64,000 bases of DNA from Candidatus Caccoplasma merdipullorum (GTDB lineage Bacteria > Bacteroidota > Bacteroidia > Bacteroidales > G3-4614). Made by a program: the position numbers and the translations under genes. Shown here piece after piece: positions 18,785-27,628 of this stretch; the stretch's first letter is position 1; each line of letters begins with the position of its first letter. The DNA is taken from the NCBI GenBank assembly GCA_017694415.1, contig JADIMW010000015.1:3638-67637 (forward strand). The letters are read 5' to 3'. The notes beneath the pieces were generated by a model. That model was not told the origin of the DNA and ran no database searches. It was given only the letters and a program-made list of their open reading frames with translations.

Positions 18785-19184
18785 GGGGCTGTTTGGATTT
18801 GACAGCGGGTAGAAGCGGTGTGTAAGCATGCAGAGCGTCATAAGTTTGCTCTATAATCTCAGCTTGTAAAAAATTAATTGGCGAAGAAAATTACGCTCTC
18901 GCTGCATAAGTTGAAGTTCAGTAAACTTGCTTAATTCCGGTACAAGGTATCGGAACGAGACATCGCCGGGAAGCTGTTGTCCCGAAGCGTTCCCATAAGG
19001 CGGTGCAGATAAATCGGGGATAGTCCGACGCTTGTTCCGTGCGCAGGATGAAAATTAAGGAACTAAGGTGTACGATTGGAGGCTTCTGTCCGGCGGACAC
19101 CCTACAACCAAGCAGAAGATAAGCATGTAGAAAGCATATTGGTTCCTCGTATGGACGAGGGTTCAACTCCCTCCAGCTCCACCA
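18785..19184 (+). ncRNA. ssrA: transfer-messenger RNA (tmRNA)
   Basis: 5' end GGGGCTGTTTGGATTTGACAGCGGG. Tag reading frame GGCGAAGAAAATTACGCTCTCGCTGCATAA (18880-18909) encodes GEENYALAA-stop. 3' end is a tRNA-like T-arm plus acceptor: GGACGAGGGTTCAACTCCCTCCAGCTCCACCA. Confidence 0.96.
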
Positions 19185-19317
19185 AGAATCATCTTCTCGA
19201 AGATATAAGCGGCGTACAGATTCGCGATAAGGCGAACTTGTGCGCCTCTTTACTATAATGCAGTATTACGGATTAAATCTGTCCAGTCAGGTATTATCGG
19301 GTATATTATATGAACCG

Positions 19318-19731
19318 TCAGTCTGCTTTCCCGGTTTGAGTAATGGATTTTTGTTTCCGATAAAATATGCCGTCTATCAAAGCAACAACATTCCCGTTGC
19401 TGCCCGTAACCGTTGTACTGTAATGAGCCACGCTTTTTTTCAGCAATCGTTCGCAAGCTTCGGCTCTGATTGTTTCGCCCTCTGTTGCCGATTCCAAAAA
19501 GCGTATATCCGACTGAATGGAGAATGAGAGTATGCCGTGTGCATTTGCCGCTGCAGCCATGGCAAGGTCGGCAAGCGTGAATATGGCACCGCCTTGAGCC
19601 ACACCTCCGGCGTTAAGGTGGCGCGCTTCTATTTTAAGCGAAGCTACGGCATGACCCGGCTCAACAGTCTCTATTACCACACCGGCGTCAGTTGCAAATT
19701 TGTCGTTCTTGAAAAATTCTTTCCAGTCCAT
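19318..19731 (-). CDS. PaaI-family (hotdog fold) thioesterase
   Basis: HLNAGGVAQGGAIFTLADLAMAAA motif. Start placed at MDWKEFF (19731); the ORF extends to 19758. Confidence 0.8.
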   Translation of the reverse strand: MDWKEFFKNDKFATDAGVVIETVEPGHAVASLKIEARHLNAGGVAQGGAIFTLADLAMAAAANAHGILSFSIQSDIRFLESATEGETIRAEACERLLKKSVAHYSTTVTGSNGNVVALIDGIFYRKQKSITQTGKAD

Positions 19732-19838
19732 AAATTTATTCGTTATGAGAAAAAACATTCTGACATTAAAAACAGAAACTTGTCCATATAGTTATCCGAA
19801 TGGCATATAACATTCTAATAGTACGAATCCGTTTCTTA

Positions 19839-21755
19839 TTATATGTCCTGCGTTTTTCCCTCTTTGTTTATTATAATTACCGTATTGTTAAGACCCAGCA
19901 CGTTGTTGGTTTTAATATTGTCGGAAAGCCTTTTTACCAGCCAACCTCCGTCAATATTGTCTGCAATACCTATATACGAGATCTCTTCAGCCACATTCGA
20001 TACCTTCCTGTCGGCAATAGCATTAAGAACGTTGCTTTGACCGTTCTTGTCATTATCTCTGAATAAGATTACTATTTTATCTTTTGTATTGCTTATTCTC
20101 ACATCAACGGCTGTATTTTCCCTCTCCCCGCTGCTTCCAGCTATACCGGCAACATACTCCTCTACGACTACGGCGGCTTTGTTTGCGCATGATTTGTTTC
20201 CGGTATATTCCATTATACGGTTATATACCGATTCCGATGCCGCTATCGCATCGCTTATTGTTGCCGGTATCGACAAGTCAGTAATCTTTTCCGTCTCGGA
20301 ATATGGTATTCGCAAAATCCCATACCTTTTGTCCTTAGGCAGCTTCATGTCTTTTACATAAATGAACAGGAACAATAATCCTATTGTAATAATTTCGGTT
20401 GCGAGAAATGCAGTCCATATCCCAGTAAACCCGAACAAATGCCCCGACAGGTATGCTATCGGGATAAGGAGCAGCACTTCCAATGTCTGTACGGCAGATG
20501 CCAGTTTTATTTTCCCGATAGAGATATAATAATACGTAATAAGTACAACAAACGATGTGCCTGCAAGACTTAGCGCGAATATGCGCAAAGCGGTTTCGCC
20601 GAGAGTTATGATAGACGGGTCATTTATACCGAACGTCATCAATACTTTATCCGGAAAAACTACAACTGCCAATATGAAGATGCCGCATATCGACATCAAA
20701 ACCTTTGCAGCATGTTTGAAAACCGCCCTCGTTCTGGTATAATCCTGTTCCCCGAACAGCACACCTACAATAGGCGACAAAGTCGTGGCCGAACCCAGTG
20801 TGAAAACAGACATGAAACTCCAGCACATGAGGCAGACCGTAAAAATAGCAATACCGCTGCTGTCCCCCGTAATCTGTTCGGCAAGAATATTGATTGCATA
20901 TATTTTCAACGAGACGAGCAGGCTTACAAGTGCGGCAGGCCACCCGGTCTTGGATATTTCCCATAATAACGTCCCGGCCTTTTTTATCCCTACGGATATG
21001 ATAATGCCGATACGTTTTATCTGTTTCACTATATCTTTGGCAACAAGCAGCAACCCCGAAAGGTATCCTGTTATCATGGCTATACCCGGAGCTTCGACGC
21101 CCATGCCGAAGAATTTTATCATTACAAAATCCGAAACGAGAATGACGCTGTTGCTCAGAATTATTACCCATAAGGAGAGTTTTGCTTTGCCATCAACGCG
21201 AACAAGGTACGTAATCCCTATCGAGAGGATGTAAACGACGGTACACCATAGCATGTAGCCGTAATATTCTTCGGCAAGAGGTGCGACAGTCGAACCGTTT
21301 GTTACAAAATGTACAAGTTCGTCGAAGAATATTATTTGCAGCAAAAAGCCGATAAACGAAAAAAGTATCAGGGCGACAGTCGATATGGAATATATGGCAT
21401 AAGCCTTTTTCTTGTTCCCGCACCCCATGGCCGTAGCCATTTCCGACGACCCGCCCGTACCTATAAGTATTGCAATTATGGAATATGCCTGAAATATTGG
21501 AAGTATTGTATTGATTGCCGCCATTTGTTCAGTGCCGAGCAGACGACCTACCAATATACTGTTCAATACGTATGCAACGTTGATACCCATCCACAGCAGC
21601 GTAGTCGGAATCAGTATTTCTCCGTATTTCTTCTGTATTATGGAGTTTAGCTTTACTTTGTACATTCGCGTTTTACAATATATGCGGGATTTATCAATAG
21701 ATAGCATATCGAAAAACTTCGTCATGTAGGAGAGCAATTGCCATACATGATGCAA
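19839..21755 (-). CDS. MATE-family transporter fused to a ~170-aa soluble C-terminal domain (GHKL / SpoIIAB-like by pattern)
   Basis: About 12 predicted TM helices with MATE-like N-terminus (ILIPTTLLWMGINVAYVLNSILVGRLLGTEQMAAIN). The C-terminal part is AAVVVEEYVAGIAGSSGERENTAVDVRISNTKDKIVILFRDNDKNG... The true start may be an internal Met (down to 21665). Visibly AT-richer than its neighbours. Confidence 0.75.
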   Translation of the reverse strand: MHHVWQLLSYMTKFFDMLSIDKSRIYCKTRMYKVKLNSIIQKKYGEILIPTTLLWMGINVAYVLNSILVGRLLGTEQMAAINTILPIFQAYSIIAILIGTGGSSEMATAMGCGNKKKAYAIYSISTVALILFSFIGFLLQIIFFDELVHFVTNGSTVAPLAEEYYGYMLWCTVVYILSIGITYLVRVDGKAKLSLWVIILSNSVILVSDFVMIKFFGMGVEAPGIAMITGYLSGLLLVAKDIVKQIKRIGIIISVGIKKAGTLLWEISKTGWPAALVSLLVSLKIYAINILAEQITGDSSGIAIFTVCLMCWSFMSVFTLGSATTLSPIVGVLFGEQDYTRTRAVFKHAAKVLMSICGIFILAVVVFPDKVLMTFGINDPSIITLGETALRIFALSLAGTSFVVLITYYYISIGKIKLASAVQTLEVLLLIPIAYLSGHLFGFTGIWTAFLATEIITIGLLFLFIYVKDMKLPKDKRYGILRIPYSETEKITDLSIPATISDAIAASESVYNRIMEYTGNKSCANKAAVVVEEYVAGIAGSSGERENTAVDVRISNTKDKIVILFRDNDKNGQSNVLNAIADRKVSNVAEEISYIGIADNIDGGWLVKRLSDNIKTNNVLGLNNTVIIINKEGKTQDI

Positions 21756-21797
21756 ACGCGCAAACCGGTTTATGCAGCATCCGACACACTATACCAA

Positions 21798-21805
21798 ACA
21801 AAGGT
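21798..21805 (-). promoter_or_regulatory. -7 box TACCTTTG for the MATE-fusion gene
   Basis: Exact TAnnTTTG on the minus strand, about 43 nt upstream of the first ATG (21755). Confidence 0.4.
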
Positions 21806-21863
21806 ATTAAAAAATGCCGTAATATATTATAAGAAATCAGAAATCGGAAATAATAAAAATATA

Positions 21864-21906
21864 TTCGGGAAAAGAAAAACAAACCGATGTGTTTACTTTT
21901 CCCGAA
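21864..21906 (-). terminator. intrinsic terminator of the fucosidase gene
   Basis: 11-bp stem TTCGGGAAAAG (21864-21874) / CTTTTCCCGAA (21896-21906), followed on the minus strand by TATATTTTTATTA. Confidence 0.65.
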
Positions 21907-21927
21907 TATTAGCACTGCTTATAAATA

Positions 21928-23778
21928 TTATAATGCCAAAAGTCGGAACTGTCGCAGTTTTAGCCACGAATCCTGTTGCTTCGATTCTATTGTCAGTTCG
22001 TAAGTGCCTTTTTCGAGATAGAGCTTACCCATATCCTGCCATTCGAAATTGGCATGCCCGCTCGGGGTAACCTTGTTGTTCCCGGTTAATGTAAATGTTT
22101 TTGTATCGCCCGAAACTTTTACAAAACGGAAAGTAATCGTACCGTTGAAAAATGCAGCCAGCTCCGAACTTATTGCATATTCACCGTTTTTGGGTATGAC
22201 AACCTTGTATTTAATAGCCCTTCCGCCATACCAGTACAATGCAGGTCTGTTCTCCCAATCGTTTATAAAATAGTTGCCTGTGAACTTTGCAGCCAAAGCG
22301 TCGAGATACAAAGTGCCGTTTATAAACCGGAAACCCTCATCCAGAACAGGACTTGAAGAAAATGCTATGTCCAATGTGCTGCAAAGTTCGTGCGGGGCTG
22401 ATTGTGGCAAATCGGATATTCTTAATCCTATTCCGTTTATGCTTTCTACTTTAGGTCTCGCTCCCGGTGCAGACAAGAATGAAACAGTTATTTCATCAGC
22501 CGGATTCATAACGCCCGGTATCCAGATTTCCCCTTTGTCGTCCCAGTAAAACATGTGATAATACAAATGAGGCCTGCCGTTAAGTATTCGGTAGGTTGTC
22601 GGGCCGTATGGAAGATTATAACTGAAAGGGCTTTTTATAGTGCCGTGTACAGATACGTCGTTGGCAATCATCCAGTCGGCCAAATCTTCCAATACCTTTA
22701 CCGATTCCGCCGGGATACTTCCGTCGGCTTTGGGGCCAATGTTGAGCAGCAGGTTACTGCCGAGTTTCTGAACTCTCAGCAGCGTGTACAGTACGAAGTT
22801 CGATTCTTTCCATGAATTGTCGAATTTACTGTAACCCCATGTGCCGTTTATTGTCATGCAGAGTTCGGAATTCTCTTTTACCAGTTCTTCGTTCAAACTT
22901 TGTTCCGGTGTCTCAAAATCACCGTTATACCCTATCTGCGGGGAGAGTCTGTCGTTTTGCAGGATATTGTATCCCTGGCTTTGTATTATTTCATTGCAAC
23001 GGCGTGCAAATTCAGCATTACCGTTATAAGGACCGTCCCACCAGAATATGTCGGGCTTGTATCTTCCAACAAGTTCTTCAATCATCGGGTATGTATAGTT
23101 CTCCATAAATGCTTCCTGTTGTTCGAGAGTGTAGGCACCCCCTTCAACCATTTCGGGGATTGTTTCAGGCGCACCATCGTACATCCAGTCGCGGAACTGT
23201 GAAAAATATATCCCGAATTTAAGCCCTGCATCACGCGTAGCTTTTGCAAGCGGAGCTATAAGGTCGTTATTCCATTTCGTCCCTGCCGGCGTGCAGGTAA
23301 TATCCCAGTCTGTCGTGTTGCTGTTCCAAAGGCAGAATCCTTCGTGGTGCTTGCTTGTCAAGATTACATACCTCATACCCGCGTTTTTAGCCAGCGATAC
23401 GATATATTGCGGGTCGAAGTTGTTTGCCATGAATTCCGTAGCAAACCCCTTGTATGTCTCTTTAGGAATCAGAGCCTCTTTCATAATCCATTCAGCACCT
23501 GCGCCATTCCCTGTTTTCGTGGCATCGGGAGTATTGTTCGAAGATAAAGTTTCGAAGTGTATGTTATTCCCGTAAATGTCGGGGCCTATATATTCCCCTT
23601 CCAGTACGGAGTAAACCCCGTAGTGTATAAACAAACCGAAACGGGCTTCCTGCCACCATTGGCTGTTGCCTTCGGCAGAGGAGGTCTCTTGTGAGGACGG
23701 CGGATGCGGAGCAATCTGGTCATCTTTGCATGAAAACATGCATAATATGACAAGCAAAGGATAAAGCATTTTTCTCAT
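21928..23778 (-). CDS. alpha-L-fucosidase (GH29) lipoprotein with C-terminal beta-sandwich domain(s)
   Basis: Signal/lipobox MRKMLYPLLVILCMFSC. GH29 blocks WWQEARFGLFIHYGVYS and RYVILTSKHHEGFCLWNS. Start at ATG 23778 within the longer ORF. Confidence 0.88.
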   Translation of the reverse strand: MRKMLYPLLVILCMFSCKDDQIAPHPPSSQETSSAEGNSQWWQEARFGLFIHYGVYSVLEGEYIGPDIYGNNIHFETLSSNNTPDATKTGNGAGAEWIMKEALIPKETYKGFATEFMANNFDPQYIVSLAKNAGMRYVILTSKHHEGFCLWNSNTTDWDITCTPAGTKWNNDLIAPLAKATRDAGLKFGIYFSQFRDWMYDGAPETIPEMVEGGAYTLEQQEAFMENYTYPMIEELVGRYKPDIFWWDGPYNGNAEFARRCNEIIQSQGYNILQNDRLSPQIGYNGDFETPEQSLNEELVKENSELCMTINGTWGYSKFDNSWKESNFVLYTLLRVQKLGSNLLLNIGPKADGSIPAESVKVLEDLADWMIANDVSVHGTIKSPFSYNLPYGPTTYRILNGRPHLYYHMFYWDDKGEIWIPGVMNPADEITVSFLSAPGARPKVESINGIGLRISDLPQSAPHELCSTLDIAFSSSPVLDEGFRFINGTLYLDALAAKFTGNYFINDWENRPALYWYGGRAIKYKVVIPKNGEYAISSELAAFFNGTITFRFVKVSGDTKTFTLTGNNKVTPSGHANFEWQDMGKLYLEKGTYELTIESKQQDSWLKLRQFRLLAL

Positions 23779-23779
23779 T

Positions 23780-23798
23780 TTTGGCGATTTCAACGAGT
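23780..23798 (-). repeat. 19-nt element copy R2, abutting the fucosidase start codon
   Basis: + strand TTTGGCGATTTCAACGAGT. The transcript reads ACUCGUUGAAAUCGCCAAA, then A, then AUG. Confidence 0.9.
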
Positions 23799-23841
23799 TC
23801 TCCTTAGCAGCTATGGAGAAGTTAATACTGAAAAAACTGGA

Positions 23842-23908
23842 GGGCTGCTTCTGCACACACTCGTTAGGTATCGCCAAACACCTGTATATACGCACAGAAA
23901 AGCAGCCC
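23842..23908 (-). promoter_or_regulatory. 12-bp stem enclosing the inverted copy M in its loop
   Basis: GGGCTGCTTCTG (23842-23853) pairs with CAGAAAAGCAGCCC (23895-23908), leaving a 2-nt bulge. Confidence 0.6.
23860..23878 (-). repeat. imperfect inverted copy (M) of the 19-nt element
   Basis: + strand CTCGTTAGGTATCGCCAAA. Complementary to R1 and R2 over 6-7 + 8 bp with a central 4x5 mismatch. Confidence 0.85.
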
Positions 23909-23954
23909 ACCATATATGGACCGTCTCCGTGCCTTGTATATACTTCTTTGATAA

Positions 23955-23973
23955 TTTGGCGATTTCAACGAGT
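23955..23973 (-). repeat. 19-nt element copy R1 (identical to R2)
   Basis: + strand TTTGGCGATTTCAACGAGT, 175 bp from R2. Confidence 0.9.
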
Positions 23974-24020
23974 ATAAGGCACCTCTTGTCGGTAATCAAA
24001 AAATGTTCCTAAGAACAGTA

Positions 24021-24028
24021 CAAATATA
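24021..24028 (-). promoter_or_regulatory. -7 box TATATTTG for the fucosidase transcript
   Basis: Exact TAnnTTTG on the minus strand. Implies a leader of about 235 nt. Confidence 0.4.
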
Positions 24029-24130
24029 AACAATGACAAGGTTTTAGAAAATACATTCGCTTAATTTTTGTGTCGAACCGCATTTTTTATTATCCTAACC
24101 CGGAAAGGAATTATAATTATGCGTAAGGCC

Positions 24131-24180
24131 AAAAACAAAGAATCCGGAACAGAAACCGTTTTTAGGTTTGTTCCGGATTC
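24131..24180 (-). terminator. intrinsic terminator of the YebC-family gene
   Basis: GAATCCGGAAC (24140-24150) / GTTCCGGATTC (24170-24180), followed on the minus strand by TTTGTTTTT. Confidence 0.65.
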
Positions 24181-24217
24181 TTGGATATTAAAATCCGACC
24201 GACAGAGAGATGCCGGT

Positions 24218-24946
24218 TTATTCTTCGCCGTCTTCCTCTTTCATGTTGTGGAATACGTTTTGGACATCCTCGTCGTCTTCGAAACGCTCTATCAGTTTTT
24301 CTATATGTTCGCGCTGTTCCGGAGTAACCTCTTTCGTATCGTTCGGGATACGTTCGAATTCCGCGCTTGTTATTTCATAACCGTTTTCCTCGAGGTATTT
24401 CTGTATATTGTTGAATTCCTCAAAAGGACCATATATTATAACTTCCCCTTCATCGGCATCCATTTCGTCCACGCCGAAATCGATAAGTTCCAGTTCCAAA
24501 TCGTCTAACGAAACACCCTCTTTCTCCTTTATTTTGAAAACGCATTTATGTTCAAACAAGAAGTCGAGCGAGCCTGTAGTACCCAACGAACCTCCGGCCT
24601 TGTTGAAATAGCTGCGCACGTTGGCCACGGTACGGGTAGTATTGTCGGTGGCGGTTTCCACCACAATTGCTATTCCGTAGGGCGCATATCCCTCATATAC
24701 AACTTCCTTATAGTTGGCTTCGTCCTTCGATGTGGCTTTTTTAATTGCACGCTCAACATTCTCTTTCGGCATGTTGGCCGCTTTAGCGTTCTGGATAAGT
24801 ACGCGCAGACGCGAATTGGAGTCGGGGTCGGGGCCGCCGGCTTTTACAGCCATAGTTATTTCCTTGCCAATCTTGGTAAATGTCCTCGACATGTTACCCC
24901 AGCGTTTCAGTTTACGTGCCTTACGGTATTCAAATGCTCTTCCCAT
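24218..24946 (-). CDS. YebC/PmpR-family DNA-binding transcriptional regulator
   Basis: MGRAFEYRKARKLKRWGNMSRTFTKIGKEI... is the highly conserved YebC N-terminus. 242 aa. Confidence 0.93.
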   Translation of the reverse strand: MGRAFEYRKARKLKRWGNMSRTFTKIGKEITMAVKAGGPDPDSNSRLRVLIQNAKAANMPKENVERAIKKATSKDEANYKEVVYEGYAPYGIAIVVETATDNTTRTVANVRSYFNKAGGSLGTTGSLDFLFEHKCVFKIKEKEGVSLDDLELELIDFGVDEMDADEGEVIIYGPFEEFNNIQKYLEENGYEITSAEFERIPNDTKEVTPEQREHIEKLIERFEDDEDVQNVFHNMKEEDGEE

Positions 24947-24974
24947 AGTCCTGTATTATAATATTTTTTTGTTT

Positions 24975-27443
24975 TTATCTTAGTTTAGCCCCCAGCTTGT
25001 TCTGGAGATTCTCTATTATCTTGTTCATTATGGCATCGATTTGCTTGTCGTTCAGAGTCTTTTCACTGTCTTGCAGTATGAATGACACGGCATACGATTT
25101 TTTCCCTTTTTCCAGATTCTTCCCTTCGTAAACATCGAACAGATATATCGATTTCAACAGTCTCTTTTCGCACTGTCTGGCGATAGATTCTATTTCGGCG
25201 AATTTTACGCCGCTGTCCACCAACAGGGCGAGGTCGCGTTTTACCGGGGGGAATTTCGACAGGTCGGAGAAACTTGTTTTACTTTTCCCTGCCTCCTTCG
25301 ATATGGCCGTAAAGTTGAATTCTGCAAAATATACCTCGTTATCTATATCGAACATCTTGAGTATTTTGCGGCTTACAATACCCATTTTGCCGAGCAGTTT
25401 GCCGGAGTGGGTCTTATAAACGAGAGCCGCCGAATAAATGTCGTCCGACACCTGTTCTTCGGTATATTTCCCCTTCGGCATTCCCATTCGGGAGAGCATG
25501 TTCTCAACGTGCCCCTTCAGCGTATATACCGTGCTTTCGCTTTCGGGATGTGTCCAACTGCCCGAGAACTCTTTTCCCGTTATCCACATTCCGAGGCGGT
25601 ACTCTTCCTTATACGGTGCAAGCACGCCGCCCTTTTCCCTGTCGGCATCGGGGTTGAACTTGTAGCAGTTGCCGAACTCGTAGAATTTTAAATCGGCGAG
25701 TTTGCGGTTTATGTTACGCGATATGCTTTCGAGTCCTCCGAACAGCAGAGTCTGGCGCAGCACACCGAGGTCTGAACTGAGAGGGTTCATTACAGTTACG
25801 CACTCTGCGGCAGGCCACGAAGCGAGGTTCGCGTAATACGAGGTTTTCGTAAGCGAGTTGTTCATTATCTCGTTAAAACCACACCCTGTAAGTTGTTCGG
25901 CTATCGTGTTGTAGCGTTCGTGCGTTTCGTCGGCGAACGACTTGTTCGACAAGTTGGAATGAACGCTGTCGGTTACCTCCACATTGTTGTATCCGTATAT
26001 GCGGAGAATATCCTCTATTACGTCTGCATCGCGGCGGACATCGACGCGGTATGTCGGTACAAGCAGTTCCATTACGCCGTCTTTTTCTGCGGCAATTTCC
26101 ATTTCGAGCGATGCGAGTATGCTTTTAACCGTTTCTTCGGGAATAACTTTCCCTATCAGCGAATTTATCCTGTCGTAACTGAGAGTTACAGGATAGCGGT
26201 CTATCGGCGAAGGGTACACGTCTGCAATCTCTCCGGTAATTTCACCACCTGCAAGTTCCTTTACGAGCAGTGCCGCCCTCTTGAGGACATATACGGCGTT
26301 GTTCGGGTCGATGCCTCTTTCGAAACGGAACGACGCATCGGTATTGAGTCCGTGGCGGCGAGCCGTTTTACGTATCCAAGTAGGGTTGAAGTATGCCGAT
26401 TCGAGGAAAACATCTTTCGTCGCTTCCGTAACTCCCGATTTCAAACCTCCGAATACACCGGCTATACACATTCCTTCGGTATTGTCGCATATCATCAAGT
26501 CTTTGTCCGACAATGTCCGTTCCACACCGTCGAGAGTTACGAACTTGCTCCCTTCCGGCAAAGTCCTGACATTAACCTCCTCTCCTCCAATGTGAGCTAC
26601 ATCGAAGCAGTGCAATGGCTGTCCCGTTTCGTGAAGTATGTAATTGGTTATGTCAACCACGTTGTTTATCGGACGCAAACCTATTGCCGAAAGACGCTGT
26701 TTCATCCAGTCCGGACTCTCCTTTACCGTTACGTTGCGTATTGTCAGTCCGCAGTAGCGGGGAGCCCCTTCGCTGCATTCCACATTAACCTTTACTGCTT
26801 TGCCGCCGGGGTTGTCTATTTTAAAACTTTCCACGCCCGGTTTTGAAAGGGTAGTCTCGTATCCGTTCTGCTTAAGGTATGCGGCGAGGTCTCTGGCCAC
26901 TCCGTAGTGCGATGCCGCATCAATTCTGTTGGGAGTAATATCGACCTCTATTATATAGTCGCTTTTCAGATTGTAGTATTCGGCGGCGGGAGTGCCGGGG
27001 GCGGGAGTATCTTCCAATACTATAATCCCTGCGTGGCTTGTACCTATTCCTATCTCATCCTCGGCGCAAATCATGCCGAACGACTCTTCGCCGCGTATTT
27101 TCGATTTCTTTATCGTAAAACTTTCATCGCCCGAGTACAGAACCGTGCCTACGGTTGCGACAATTACATACTGCCCGGCGGCTACGTTGGGTGCGCCGCA
27201 AACAATCTGCACGGGTTCTCCCGTTCCCAAATCGACGGTGGTTATATGAAGGTGGTCGGAGTTGGGGTGGTCTTTGCAAGTCAGGACTTTACCGGTTACC
27301 ACGCCTTTAAGTCCTCCCCTGATTGATTGGACTTCTTCCACGCCACCGGTTTCAAGCCCGATTGACGTAAGGGCGTCGGCCGTCTGTTGCGGCGTCAGCG
27401 GTATATCTAAAAAATCTTTCAGCCAGTTGTACGATATATTCAT
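24975..27443 (-). CDS. pheT: phenylalanine--tRNA ligase beta subunit
   Basis: 822 aa. MNISYNWLKDFLD N-terminus, tRNA-binding (OB) domain, B3/B4, B5 and FDX-ACB domains recognisable. Confidence 0.96.
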   Translation of the reverse strand: MNISYNWLKDFLDIPLTPQQTADALTSIGLETGGVEEVQSIRGGLKGVVTGKVLTCKDHPNSDHLHITTVDLGTGEPVQIVCGAPNVAAGQYVIVATVGTVLYSGDESFTIKKSKIRGEESFGMICAEDEIGIGTSHAGIIVLEDTPAPGTPAAEYYNLKSDYIIEVDITPNRIDAASHYGVARDLAAYLKQNGYETTLSKPGVESFKIDNPGGKAVKVNVECSEGAPRYCGLTIRNVTVKESPDWMKQRLSAIGLRPINNVVDITNYILHETGQPLHCFDVAHIGGEEVNVRTLPEGSKFVTLDGVERTLSDKDLMICDNTEGMCIAGVFGGLKSGVTEATKDVFLESAYFNPTWIRKTARRHGLNTDASFRFERGIDPNNAVYVLKRAALLVKELAGGEITGEIADVYPSPIDRYPVTLSYDRINSLIGKVIPEETVKSILASLEMEIAAEKDGVMELLVPTYRVDVRRDADVIEDILRIYGYNNVEVTDSVHSNLSNKSFADETHERYNTIAEQLTGCGFNEIMNNSLTKTSYYANLASWPAAECVTVMNPLSSDLGVLRQTLLFGGLESISRNINRKLADLKFYEFGNCYKFNPDADREKGGVLAPYKEEYRLGMWITGKEFSGSWTHPESESTVYTLKGHVENMLSRMGMPKGKYTEEQVSDDIYSAALVYKTHSGKLLGKMGIVSRKILKMFDIDNEVYFAEFNFTAISKEAGKSKTSFSDLSKFPPVKRDLALLVDSGVKFAEIESIARQCEKRLLKSIYLFDVYEGKNLEKGKKSYAVSFILQDSEKTLNDKQIDAIMNKIIENLQNKLGAKLR

Positions 27444-27553
27444 AATTGCAGTCGTTTTTTATGCCCGGCGGGGCAGATGACATGACGTCGGGTTGTTGGC
27501 CGGCCTTCTTTACACCTGCTTGTTCCGTTCGGACCGTTGTAAAAAAGCAACTG

Positions 27554-27561
27554 CAAAGTTA
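27554..27561 (-). promoter_or_regulatory. -7 box TAACTTTG for pheT (about 100-nt leader)
   Basis: Exact TAnnTTTG on the minus strand. Confidence 0.4.
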
Positions 27562-27628
27562 ATAAGATTATTTTTGTTACGAAAGTGAAAAACCGACAAA
27601 ACGCCCCGTGTAATTAATTGCTTGTCAA

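Noticed and set aside
18918-19258. ORFs 18918-19166 (-) and 19076-19258 (+)
   Set aside because: They overlap the tmRNA gene, so the RNA explains the sequence.
19185-21927. Genomic island integrated at ssrA
   Set aside because: I found no integrase, no obvious direct repeat of the tmRNA 3' end and only two genes. AT-richness of the MATE-fusion gene alone is insufficient. A proper check would search for a copy of the last 20-40 nt of ssrA downstream.
25893-26846. 317-aa + strand ORF
   Set aside because: It is antisense to pheT.
27444-27553. Phe-codon leader peptide or attenuator for pheT (by analogy with enterobacterial pheM)
   Set aside because: The only mini-ORF in the ~100-nt leader (MSSAPPGI) has no Phe codons, and there is no terminator. 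The pheS leader is only about 16 nt.
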